Shown: positions 43,501 through 55,110 of the stretch, piece after piece
How positions within the stretch are numbered: the stretch's first letter is position 1
Layout: each line of letters opens with the position of its first letter
NCBI GenBank assembly: GCA_000002445.1
Contig: CH464491.1
Location: 2,944,001 to 3,008,000 of the forward strand
Length of the DNA stretch: 64,000 nucleotides
Direction: 5' to 3'
Source: Trypanosoma brucei
Taxonomy: Eukaryota
Position numbers and translations under genes: made by a program
The notes under the pieces: model-generated
What the model saw: the letters and a program-made list of their open reading frames with translations, nothing else
Databases searched by the model: none
What the model was told of the DNA's origin: nothing

Positions 43501-46500
43501 GGGTGGCTACGGTGGAAGAAAACAAAATACCACTACGAAAAATATGCGTCAACACATTATCCTTGCACCGAATCAAAAACCGAATGAATAGCAAGGCGAA
43601 ACATCGTTTCGAGGAGGCGCGGGAGATCATGAGACAACCCACAAACCTGCAGGAAAGTGAAAGAGGATCTCAGCTAACAGTTTCTACCAAGGATGCCAGA
43701 ATCATGAAGAACGCAGGCATCGTACAAACGGTATCGGCAGCAACCCCCTTGGTTTGAGGTCTGGGAAGAGCTGTCCTCTACAAAGTGCCTTTCCACCTCG
43801 TTTACTTCCCCAACTTTTGCGACATCGGGAATTTAAACAGCCAACTGCGACCCCCGATATTCCGATTTCGACCGAATGCGGGTATCCTTTGATTCCTAAA
43901 CCCTGTAGCTGGCGAGGCCAACCTCCTTGACGTAGTGCTTGGGTTATGACGAATGGTTGCTGCACTCCTTTGTCACGTTCAACTTCTCCGACTCTCCACA
44001 TGGAAACTTTCTAACAACCCCGCCACTGACAGGATGATTCCGCCTGCCGCATCCGTGTCAGCCGCTTCGCCCTATAGGGTTAACCTTGTCCACTGCGCTT
44101 TGCGGGGCTTGCTGGGAGGGTGTCTGGGAGTGTCATCGCTGACTCTCCATTTTGTAACCACTTCGGTTGTTTTTTTCCCCTCTCCTTGTATCCGCACTTG
44201 CTGCGCGGATGGTCAGCCACACGTTTGTTCACGCTGTGTGGCACAGGGACCGCGCCTCTCATTAGATGCTCCTCGAAGTTTCCAGTTGGCAAGCGTCCCG
44301 CAACAAGTCCCCTCCCGCGTGTCAGATTCGCCATCCTTGCAACGGCAATACTTCCTATCTGACAGACTTTTCTCGCGTCTGCCTGTTTTGTGTCTTCCTA
44401 TTCCTCCACGGGCTCCCTCCTTAACTTTCTTCGCCAGTTTTCAACCCTATTCCCCCTTTTCAAATGGGCACGGGGTAAGTCCTCTCTCGAAAATGCGCGG
44501 TTGCAAGCAAAGCGCCTTCGAGCCTCACCACCACAGGTTATGGGTTCGCTTTGCCCTCTCCTTTTCTCTGTCTAGGAGTTTGTGGCCTTCGATCCCACCC
44601 ATTGCCTCGAGGCGATGCGAGTAACTATTTTTCATATCCTCATCACCATCTGGGGTCCCGAACAGGGTAATTGAATATTGCCGCAGGGTGCTGACTTCCC
44701 ACTTTTAGCCAAATGCACACCCCCATTTCGCAATGTTCGCGCGGCGAACCTACAAAATTTTCCCTTTCTCTTAGTCGCGATCTACGCTTTAGCGCCGTTG
44801 TCAACCCCCCTTCCCCGAAGAAACCGTGGGCTCAGGTATGCACACGCTAAGATTGTTGTCTTTTGTCCTGTTTTCCATTCCCCGCAGCAAGGAGTTCACG
44901 TTTTCCAGCGTTTCGTCCGCCACTGCCCCAGGGGAAGATGCGGTTGGGCACCGTACAAACCACCAGATTGCAGTGTCCTAGCCCCAGTTTCAGTAAGTGG
45001 AAACGGTGTGCCTAATCCGCTGGTTGGCGCCACTAAGCTTTGCTTTTGCCGTTTCTGCCTTCGAAAGCACTCCTATTTACACTCATTCCCGCATTTGTTT
45101 GTTTGGGGGGGGGGGAGGGAAGGGAAGTGCCACGCAGTGTCACCAAGAGTTTTTCAAGGTTTTGGCATAGACATGAACAAAGATGGCATCCCTCACCCGT
45201 GGTGGGCGGTTCTTCTTTGCAACGAACCGAATACCGACGGGAAGGTCACTCGTGCGTGTATCTGCCTAGCCTTGAGCAAACCCCCATACACAGCACATTC
45301 CTCGTCACACCCCCGCTCAGTGGGACCGGCGCGCTAGCAGCGTCAGTCTCTTACGTGCTGCGCTGTCGAATTCTAACTCCCCCGCCCGCCTCCACACGAG
45401 TGTATCAGCCTGCAATGCGATATGCGTTGCCGCTGGCTTCGTACACGGTGAAAATAACTTCTCTGTGTGGGCATACGCGGCTTTCCCTATGAGCCGCCGA
45501 TGCAATTCAGCGGTGATGATGTGTGGGCGGCACGGTCTGCGCATGCTCATTTTCGTTGGAAAACACAGTCGCACGCCACGTGCTTCGTTTGGCGTCACTT
45601 ATTGGACGTGCCCGCCCAGCCACCGTCACTCTAAACTGCCCACAAACGGCGAAGATGTATTAGGTTGCCACGATTGCCGCTGCTTTCGCATCGTTTGAGA
45701 AAACGAACGCGCGTCCTGCGTCGCCGTCGAGGAACCAACCCCATCCTTTCCACCTACCGGCAAAAAGAGGCACGCCAGTAAAACGGAAAATGAGATGCCA
45801 AATTACAGAGGTGCGCTGCCTGGCGCGACGGAGTCGCTGGCATCAGTGCATGATAATCGTTTCTGACCGGCACGTGGGGTGCTTAGTAGACCCGCTCCGT
45901 CACTGCGGAAGCACCTCGAGAAAGATTTTGTAGCCACCTGGGGCTGCAAGTCCCCGTACTGACACACGTGAACAAAATCAGAGACCGCGGTTTGGCATCG
46001 CCGTGGCAAATCACGTTGTGCACATAGCATGACCTGTTACCTACGCCTCCATAGCGCTCGGGCCTGGCACCTTGGCTCGCGGAACTGCGACAAGCCCGGT
46101 CCCTCTGGAATCAAATTTCATTCAAGGATGACACCGCCGCTGGAGTGTGTGTAGAAACAAGCGTCCACATGCGGCCCGCGTGCACCCAACTTTACCCTCG
46201 ACACCTAGGAGATCGGAAACGCCAACGAGAACTAAATTAACGTTATTGGGGGAAAAAAAAACACAACCGATGTCGCGTCCTACGGTCCTGATGTGGGGAA
46301 GGAAAAGGGTGACCCCCTGACCGCGGAAAAAATCGTTGGTGAGTGTGCGGTGCATACTTAGGCGTAGCGTATCCCGTACACCTGCGGATGTTTCTCCATC
46401 ACTCGACGTTTGACGCGTTAAAAGTAAAGACAAAACAGTCATACCTTTGGGACGAAAGTTAGGTGCGCTTAAGAAAAAAAAGGGGGGAGGGGCGACCGTG

Positions 46501-46657
46501 AACCCTTATCGTTGAAAGAACGAAAGACGCATGAATCGGCTGGGCAAAGATTTGTAGGAGTGTGCCACTGTTATCAATGCCCCTCAGGGGTTCGAGCATC
46601 ACTTGTCAAATCGGTCTGAACAGCGCGAGGCCGGCAAAATTTTGGTTGCCGCCACGC

Positions 46658-47016
46658 GTCGGAGAGGGGTGGGGAGTATGTGGCGCTAGTACCCGCCGTC
46701 AGCATCGCGTGGGCTTATTTTCTTCTGGGTCTTCTTCTGAGCACTTACCCTGTATGAAAGGCTGGAGTGGCAGAAAAGACGTGTCCTTGATTTATGCGTA
46801 CCACACCTGCCTCTTACATTTTCTGTTGTTGCATACGTGTGTGCGGGAAGACGTGGTGACTACTCCGGTCTTCTCGCCGAGCACCTCATGTGCCTTGCTC
46901 GAGTGCTGAGTCTACGCGGCGCGACGGGTGGGCAGTAGGGGGGGGGGCTTGTACATAGAAAAAAAAAACTAGAGCCACCGGATGCTCTTTGTGCGACCCT
47001 GGTGAAAGTGAGAAAG
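46658..47016 (+). repeat. Direct repeat copy A (~358 bp), 150 bp beyond the 3' end of the minus-strand sialidase-family gene
   Basis: Near-identical to 52250-52607. It contains G10 and A10 homopolymers (gggcagtaggggggggggcttgtacatagaaaaaaaaaactagagccacc). Confidence 0.9.
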
Positions 47017-47165
47017 AGATAAAGTAAAACCAGTAACCGGAATTATCCGGTGAAGCAGTCGGCCGTGTGTCACCGTCATTCCTAACATGTGACCCCTTAG
47101 AGAGACTGACTCGAGAACCAGAGCGATTTCTATTTGCATTCTGAGTCCGTACTGTCCTGCAGTTT

Positions 47166-49211
47166 TCAAAAAGTGACAACAAAGATCATAGCAGCAAGCG
47201 CCACATATACGTGCGTTGCGTTATCAATTTGCCCGTTGCTGTGACCCTCCTGTGGTTCATCAACAGCAACTAGAGGTGCCTTTGACGGGCATCTAGGCCA
47301 GTACGTTCGCATGAACATCACTTGGACTTCGGCAAGGGTCAACTCCCTTTTGAAAAGAACAGCACTCTTCACCAGTAGTTTTCCATTGGGAGTAGCTTTC
47401 TTCTCTCCATATCCTCCAATATAGAAATGCATAACATCTCGCACTCGCCTAACAGTCTTGATACCGCTTCCCGTCCTCGAGAAGGCGGCACCATCGATAT
47501 TAACAGTGAACAAACCATTGTACATGGTTATCGTAACTTGGTGAGTCTCGTTGTGGATGGAGGATCCAAATGTAGGCACATGCCGGCCCCCAAACGTTAC
47601 GTACCATTTGTCATCCGATGTGTACGACACTTCAAGACACTCGTCGACACTTCCCTCGCTGATGACAACGCCCACAACCGGGATTTTTTCACTCACTCGG
47701 TCAGGCACCTCCACAGTCACCCCAAGTGTAAATTCATAATTTGCAAAGTTGTAAAGCTGAGCCCCCGTGTGGTTGCTCACAGTCCATGTGGCACCCCGAT
47801 TAGGGCCACTAAATAATATACCATTCAATGTTTTCTTAGCCCCAACAGCTTTGATGCTCACGCTGTTATATGTGTCCTTCCACTGATCACCATCTAAATC
47901 ATTCAAAAAAAGCCCAGCGGGTGCATCATCAACACAGTTTACGCGGTCGGTGGCTCCTCTGGTTCCGGAACGGAGCACACTCTCGGTCCTCCATTTTTCC
48001 ACAACCGCTTTTATCTTTTCGAGTTCATGATCTAAATGCGCAACCTTGCCTATGTCATAGGGTACCGCGTTGCTTACCTCATCATGAAAGGTGCCAGTTT
48101 TTTTGTAGAAGTAAAGCAGTTTGCCGTTGCTGTACAGCAGTGTCCCTTCACCATCTATTCCACCTTCAAGAGTGACGTGACCAATATCAAAAAAATGTTC
48201 GCCATCAGATAGCCAAATATTGAGCCCATCCCCATATGAGTCAGTCGACGGTGCGCGCCGGGTGAAAATCAACAACCTTTTCCCTTCAATTGTGACAACA
48301 AGCAAGTTGTGTGATCCACCTTCGGCTGCACCACTGGCCCACACACGCGAGAACGTCCTCTTGGCTTCCGTCCATTCCCTTCCCATATTGATGGATTCAT
48401 AAACAGCCAAGTGACCGGTATACGAGCCGTTGCTCAACATAAGCCTCCCTCCCCATTCAAAGATGTTGCAATTCTCCTTGCATACATGAGCTTCTAGGGG
48501 TGTCGACTTCCAGTGGATACCGTCGTCCACGGAATAAATTATTGTGGGTACGTCTTCGCTATTCTCGTTCTTTAAACAAACGAGAAATACAAGTAAACCC
48601 CCTTCAGTGACGATTGCATCCCTTCTTCCTCGGAAAAACTTGTTCACTGGCCCCGCTTGAAGTCCAGTGGGGAAGACCCCCTTCAACGGCACCTGTTTGT
48701 TCCACTCTACACCAGCTGATTGCGAAAAAAAACCTCTCGACCTTACAACTTTCCCAGAAATTAGAAGGAGACTATCTTTGCACTCACTTATCGTTACCTT
48801 GCCTAAGCCATCGCCTTGCACATCATACCCGCTTGCAAGCACATACACATTGCTCCCTTTGGCAACTACTTCAAGTGGTATTGGATAGGAAGAATACTCC
48901 ATCTCCTTTCTTCCTTCAATTATGTTGTCCTTTTTCCATGTCCTCCCCCCATCTATGCTCGAAAGTGAAAACGTTCTTAGCCTTACTTCACCAGCCAGGT
49001 GATATCTGAATTCTCCGATTGCAACCAACACACCTTCAGCCTCGACGACGGAATGAATATGTACGGCATCAACGACGGAGAGCAAGAAACTGCCCTTTTC
49101 TTCCCCGTCGAAAAGATCAAATTCATAAACATCCGGTGTCTTAGCAATACTACGTGTCCAGCCGATGTTGCACAGGACAAGTAACAGTAAAATGAGTATT
49201 TGCATTCTCAT
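47166..49211 (-). CDS. Trans-sialidase/sialidase-family surface protein (681 aa), probably catalytically inactive
   Basis: The N-terminus has a signal peptide (MRMQILILLLLVLCNIGW). Asp-box motifs S-x-D-x-G-x-T/E-W occur at SIDGGRTW, SVDDGIHW and SINMGREW. The stretch VYESINMGREWTEAKRTFSRVWASG...TIEGKRL...NIWLSDGEHFFDIGHV...GTLLYSNGKLLY aligns with the T. cruzi TS catalytic domain, including the conserved Tyr. The C-terminal lectin-like domain carries a degenerate VTVxNVxLYNR motif (LLVKSAVLFKRELTLAEVQVMF). The hydrophobic C-terminus (ALAAMIFVVTF) suggests GPI anchoring. ATG and stop codons were verified on the minus strand. Confidence 0.8.
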   Translation of the reverse strand: MRMQILILLLLVLCNIGWTRSIAKTPDVYEFDLFDGEEKGSFLLSVVDAVHIHSVVEAEGVLVAIGEFRYHLAGEVRLRTFSLSSIDGGRTWKKDNIIEGRKEMEYSSYPIPLEVVAKGSNVYVLASGYDVQGDGLGKVTISECKDSLLLISGKVVRSRGFFSQSAGVEWNKQVPLKGVFPTGLQAGPVNKFFRGRRDAIVTEGGLLVFLVCLKNENSEDVPTIIYSVDDGIHWKSTPLEAHVCKENCNIFEWGGRLMLSNGSYTGHLAVYESINMGREWTEAKRTFSRVWASGAAEGGSHNLLVVTIEGKRLLIFTRRAPSTDSYGDGLNIWLSDGEHFFDIGHVTLEGGIDGEGTLLYSNGKLLYFYKKTGTFHDEVSNAVPYDIGKVAHLDHELEKIKAVVEKWRTESVLRSGTRGATDRVNCVDDAPAGLFLNDLDGDQWKDTYNSVSIKAVGAKKTLNGILFSGPNRGATWTVSNHTGAQLYNFANYEFTLGVTVEVPDRVSEKIPVVGVVISEGSVDECLEVSYTSDDKWYVTFGGRHVPTFGSSIHNETHQVTITMYNGLFTVNIDGAAFSRTGSGIKTVRRVRDVMHFYIGGYGEKKATPNGKLLVKSAVLFKRELTLAEVQVMFMRTYWPRCPSKAPLVAVDEPQEGHSNGQIDNATHVYVALAAMIFVVTF

Positions 49212-52200
49212 TGCGAAAAACTCTTAGGGTACGGAAATAGTCTCCCTGCAGATGTGCGCGGTGTGTGCTTGATCGTTGTGAGGGCACCCTGAGTACTTTG
49301 GCGGTGGTACTCTTCAACTGGCTGCGTGCGGGTAGTGTTTTACAGAAAGGGGACAAATTACCTAACTTATGTATATAGCCGAAAAAAAGGGGTGACAACA
49401 CAGCACTTACAAACGGTGACATCATAAATATTAGGTACGAATGCTTATGTAATATGTAGCGGTGCCCTCAAATACTGAAGCGATCAAGGAACCAAAGTTG
49501 GTTTTGCACCACATCGGTGAGAGGTCCCCGATACGTCATGCGAGCCCCTAGAAGACTGCATTAACAGTGACAGGTCAATGCACTAAGATATCCTGAATCA
49601 CCGGCGGTGTATAGCTTGGCAAAAACTTCTCGCTTCCACTATTAGTTGCTGCAAAATTTTGCACGGCACTTGAAAAATATGTGGTATAAAAGCAAAGAAA
49701 AAGTGTTCGAGCCAAAACGCATTGCACCGAAACACTGTCTTCTCCCTCACCCCAACCCTGCTACGTTAACAGGTCACCAAAGTTCGTCACCGAACAAGGA
49801 CAAGATGTTCATTATTAGGAAGCAACTAATCCTTATGCACCTCGAGTTGCAGAAACTATTTCTTTTTTTGGCACCCGAATAACCCAGTGTATTACAACTC
49901 TTTTTTTTAAAAAAATGAAGTAGTAATAGCCTTTTCTCCATTAGTTTTATTCGTCCATATGGCGAAATTGAACCTGTCACTTGCATATAGCCAATCTTTC
50001 TTCACCCATCGTCGGCGTGCGTTTTCACATTTACTGCCCACTTGTGTGTAAAGACGGACGCACGAAACAATGGTTTGCAGGACAACGAGGGAAATCAAGC
50101 CATACCATAGCCGCCTACTTTCTAAACCATCTCGTATCTGTTTGCACATTCAAGGGGAATGGTTATTTCCCACTGGCTGCTACAGTCAGTGAATCGTAAT
50201 AAAGACGCTACACGGGTATTGAAAGCACAGGCGAAAATACGTAGGACAACATCTAATCGACACAATCTTCGCGGCAATTATAGTCTTTTCCCTACAATGG
50301 GAAACGCACTCCGCATGGTGACCCGCGTACAAACGCATGGATCTGCGTTTGTGCATGTTTGTTAAAAAAAAAACAACAAACAAACTATGTTAGCCCATCA
50401 TTTCAAAGCATCCATTTGCCGTAAGAAAGGTAAGCCCAGACCGCGGTTTCCCCACAACTTACCGCCAACACGAAGCAGCCGCTCGCAGCCGCGCCCCAAC
50501 GCAAACGCATGGGACCTCTCGCCCGTTGGGGCGTGAGAGGTCCCCGTGAGTTTCGGTGGGCAGGCGGGGGTAACAACGTGAAAGCTCCCTCCGCCCATTT
50601 CTGGGCTATGATGAAATATTAGCTCCGCCACCCCTCCTGAAGCTTCCCTTCCGCATACCGGGCGTCGCTTGCTGCCACCGCGAGGAAATACGAATCACCG
50701 ACGACATATCGGCGGGTGTGGTGGGGGAAGCCAGGGGGTGGACAACTAAACAGAGTGGTATCCCAACAAAGCGCAGCTGGCCCCCCGCCGTCCGACGCCG
50801 TAGCTTGCGAGCAAGGGGGGACCGTTACGGAGATGAGGAATGCTGGTGGTTCTTTAGTTATCCCATACATACGGGACAGCGGGCCCAGCGTCATGAAAAC
50901 CCCTTTAAAACGCCTAAAGGGACGGAAGCAGCGACTGTTGGCCCCGAAGCACGCCCACAAGAGCATGGAGGTGCCTTGGAGGGCGCTCCGCAGACTGGCA
51001 TGCAATTTCTTTGTCCTTTTAGTCGTGTTAACCCCTCACCTTTTCCTGTGGAAGGCGTGTCGGCTGCTGATCTGAACGAAGCGGTGAATGACCACTGCCA
51101 CTCCCGGCGCTTGGACGAGCGGCCAATTAAGGGCATGACCTTCGCAAAGAAAGTTGGAGGGCCGGGGCGCTATATGGGAAAACCCCCCTCGACGACGTGA
51201 GGAAGCTGTCGCACACGATTGAATCTAGTTCCGTGAGTTTCCCATGAAGGTCCTTAATATGTTTTGATTTCGCTCCAGAAGCTTACTTCGCAACCTTTGA
51301 GTGATTGATGCGCTTTCGCAAAGATTGCTCCACTTTCACCTGTTAACATCCTCGCTCTTTGAATTTCAAGGGTCACAATCATTAGGTTTCGAGGAATCAC
51401 TCAAAAAAACCTCTACCAAGCCCGGAAAATTCCCCTTCCAGGTGCTGTCAGAGGAAGTGCTGCTTCCGAGATGCGTGGTCCTTTGTTCGACCCCCTCCCG
51501 TCCCTCGAGAGGGTGTCGTCCACTCCATCTTTGGAGGAATCGGATAACGGCGCCCCCGTCCTTTACAGCGGAAGAGTTCCTCCTCCCAACGAAAGTTCTG
51601 CCCTAGCACCCAATTTACTGGCTAACGACTGGGAATTTGCCGTTCCGTGTTGGTATTGAGTACTCCCTCCACTTTAACCCTTCTTGATCGCCATGGCTGT
51701 GCGTCAGCTTTGTTTCGACCGCTTTGCAAAAAAAGAAAAAAAAATGCCATCCCCTCCCGAGCCGTCCTCCGTGCTCCTTCGCCGAGGAAAAGCGTATTTT
51801 ATCTGCCGGGGCCGGGAGCGCCTCTAGGGGAAGGAAAATAGCGTAAACCCCCTCGCCAGCGCGGTGGTAGTTGGTGGTGGCACTAGCTCAAACAGGTGCG
51901 GAGCTCGCACAAAACTTGTTGTAGGTTTTTTTTTCGCGAGGATGGGCATCGTCTGGCAAAACCGAGAGGTGGCGAGCGCCGTTGCTATTGCCCCCAAAAC
52001 TGGGAGACTTCAGTCAGCGGTGTAGCGATTAAGGATGCGACGCGTACGGTTGTCGCCGCCGCTCCTCCGGTTCCCAGGTTCCCTCTTTCCGAAAAAAAAT
52101 TTGTTCAGTAAGGCAATCCCACTGGCAATTCAGACCTGCCGTCTCTTTGTTTCCTACAGTGAACCTTCGTTATTATTATTATTATTATCACAATAGTTGT

Positions 52201-52249
52201 ATGTGTGAGGTTATCCGGAGTGCGCGTGACTCAGCCGAGCGTATGGGCT

Positions 52250-52607
52250 TCGGAGAGGGGTGGGGAGTATGTGGCGCTAGTACCCGCCGTCAGCATCGCG
52301 TGGGCTTATTTTCTTCTGGGTCTTCTTCTGAGCACTTACCCTGTATGAAAGGCTGGAGTGGCAGAAAAGACGTGTCCTTGATTTATGCGTACCACACCTG
52401 CCTCTTACATTTTCTGTTGTTGCATACGTGTGTGCGGGAAGACGTGGTGACTACTCCGGTCTTCTCGCCGAGCACCTCATGTGCCTTGCTCGAGTGCTGA
52501 GTCTACGCGGCGCGACGGGTGGGCAGTAGGGGGGGGGGCTTGTACATAGAAAAAAAAAACTAGAGCCACCGGATGCTCTTTGTGCGACCCTGGTGAAAGT
52601 GAGAAAG
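52250..52607 (+). repeat. Direct repeat copy B (~358 bp), ~3 kb upstream of the sialidase-family gene start
   Basis: Essentially identical to 46658-47016, as also shown by the identical ORF translations 46562/52147 in the track. Confidence 0.9.
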
Positions 52608-55085
52608 TTTCCAACGGTCTATTCTCGGGTTACCTCTTCTGGATTTTTACCGAAGTAGTCCCGCTGTCTTTACATGTGCGTAGCGACGCTGGTTGCCGCT
52701 GCATGTTTTGTCTTCCGTCTTAAGGTTGCGGTGGCCCAAAAGTCTACAAGCTGTTTGGAGGCTACTGTGGCGCACGGCGTCTGTTTTGTGGCCCTGTCGA
52801 ATGTTGCTTTTTGTCATTTGTGTTGCGTGCATGTCGTGAGCGGTGGATAAAGATATGCGACATTTACAGTATATGCTGGTTTCAACAGGTAATGCTGGTG
52901 CCTACTAGGTCGTAAAATGTCGTTACGGGACCTTGCAAATTTTGGACGGCGTCGAATAAGAGGAGTGCCGAATGCAAAGGTGTTGTTGCACTAACCTTAG
53001 GAATGCGAAAATTTCGTGTTGAAGTACCTGCTGCATTCGCATACAGGTAGAGAATTGGTTGATAATACTTTCCGGCCTCCGAGTTACGTCACTCTGTTAG
53101 AGAGCAGAGTTGATTTTTTATTAATGTGGCAATCGGGACGTATATGGTACATGTCAACCCCTTGTTGCCACGGTGAGGTCTGTGACAGGTGTGCGTGCTG
53201 TTTTCACGTTAGAATCGTGTAATAAGTGTTTACAAGGTTGGGAAATCTGACATTTCTTCCACCCAAATTCTCAAACGCGTTTCCTCGTATGGAATCTGCG
53301 TTGGTTTTTGGTTGATTTGTATACACAGGACTAATGTTTTTTGTACTCGACGGTGAGGGTTGCCGGAAATATCAGGATGGTGTTAATAACCCTCCCCCCA
53401 TCAAGGATAATAAGCAAAAGGAGGGAGGCGGGAGCGGGGGGCCATTTGCTGACTGTTTGGCCTTTGGCGCGGAGAGGGGCTTGACGAGGTACAATGTGTA
53501 GAAATTTGAAACTTTTGTTTTCTATCATTGGAATTATATATATTTCTCCGTGTAGTGAAATGATCCTTTGACGGAACTTGAAAGTTTTTTTAATGATCTC
53601 TCTCTCTGTTTTTGTGGAGTAGCAGCCGCTTTTCTTTCATTTACTTTGAATGTATTAATGTGCTTAGGGGAAAAGACGCTTACTCGTGTTTCCCTGCTGG
53701 TACACTCACCGACATTTTATTAGGACAAACACACCCGCGTATATAAACAAAACAATTTTGATGTTGCGGCGGTTGCTACTGAAACAATGGTGCCAGCCAA
53801 ACGGTGGATGACTGGGATAAAACTTCGATACCATTGTGGAACGAGTAGAGGGGAAATAAAGTTGGTGCTGCCCTAGCCGTCCCAGAACTCTTTAGATCCA
53901 CCCCGCTGGGACGACCCCATCTGTATACCATGGGATGTGATACCCAATTGGCACTCTTTTTGCATTTCCCCCCCTCCAGGATAGGAGCCGGGGGCGTTTA
54001 TCATGCTCTTTTAAAATTTCTGTTGATAGGTCTTCACCATTTTCAGAAAAGAAACAAAACAGTTCGTGCAGGCAGGGTTCCGTTCTAAGTCGCTTGGACT
54101 GGGAGCGGACTTGCTAAACGTGTCTGATTTCTGACACACTTGGTGTGATCGTCACCGTAAACACAGACGTCTTGGCGATGCTCCCCCCGTAACTGGCTGA
54201 TTGTAGGTTGCACACATTTTGCACGGCTTGTTACCACGGCGTGTGAGGGAGGTGCGATACTAACGACCATAGAAAAACAATCGAAAAAAAGGTCCGCCCC
54301 TTCGTTTGCCATGAGTGAGATTATGTGAGCTACCTCAGCGATCTTTCCTGGATTCAGTGAGAATGCGTATTGAATCCTATTGAGACCCTAGGGATGCACG
54401 GCGGTGTAATTGTCCATAGATGTCTATAACCCGTGGTACATTTCCAAGTAAGGTATGTTGAACGCATTCGTTTATCGGTCGTCCGTTTAGCAATGGCCAA
54501 GAAGGGTTAAAAACTCAAGACATTGGAGCCTTCGCGATTGTGGTGTGGGGAATAATGACGTATACATGTACGTAATGTTCGACGGCATTTGGCCCATCTC
54601 AAAATGGAGTTCGTTTTGGTGGGTTCGGACTAAACATGGACTTAATTTATTAAAGACGGTGAGCAGATGATTTGTTGCAATACGTAAATAAGTTTCCCCA
54701 AGGAGAAACCTGGCGAATATTTTTGGCATGTGATAGCATATTAACCGTCAAATGTAACACCCCATTCAGCGGCAAAACCTCTTTCTGAAACCTTGCTCGT
54801 TCGTTTTACTACCATCACGCTCATATCCGGCCCTTAAGGGGCTGAAAGGTTTGCAAGCGGCTCCGTCGATAATTTCCTATCGACGTGGTCTATTCGCATA
54901 GCATGTGTTGTATCATACTGTGTTCATTTTTGTCGATGGGTGCATGTGTGTGGGCGCTTCGTATTTTTTCCAATTTTACTTCATCCGAGCAACGAAGTCA
55001 AATAACACCATTCGAAGCAAACTATGGAACCCCTGCGTTGTCATCGCAATTTAAGAAGTAGACTATGCACGTGTAGACGCTAACA

Positions 55086-55110
55086 CCCCCTTTTTTTTTT
55101 GGGGGGGGGG
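55086..55110. repeat. Homopolymer triad C5-T10-G10 (cccccttttttttttgggggggggg)
   Basis: Read directly in the long intergenic region. It is self-complementary at its ends and could form a hairpin. Confidence 0.8.

Noticed and set aside
44585-44620. tRNA T-loop-like motif 'gtggccttcgatcccacc'
   Set aside because: I could not build a T-stem (tggcc / ccacc are not complementary) or an upstream cloverleaf by eye. It needs tRNAscan-SE and is not reported as a tRNA.
43953-45700. 200+ aa ORFs in several frames and both strands in the GC-rich 43.9-45.7 kb segment
   Set aside because: The overlapping open frames on both strands, Pro/Arg/Ser-rich translations, lack of ATG/polyY context and absence of any motif are typical of GC-rich non-coding DNA.
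46562-46909. Identical 115/117-aa ORFs (46562-46909 and 52147-52500) predicted inside the two direct repeats
   Set aside because: They are identical only because the DNA is repeated. The translation (…GEGWGVCGASTRRQHRVGLFSSGSSSEHLPCMKGW…) has no protein-like features and spans G10/A10 homopolymers. It is treated as a non-coding repeat.
50619-51200. Overlapping ORFs 50619-51005(-) and 50718-51200(+) in the long intergenic region
   Set aside because: Same reasoning: a GC-rich stretch open on both strands with no coding signature.
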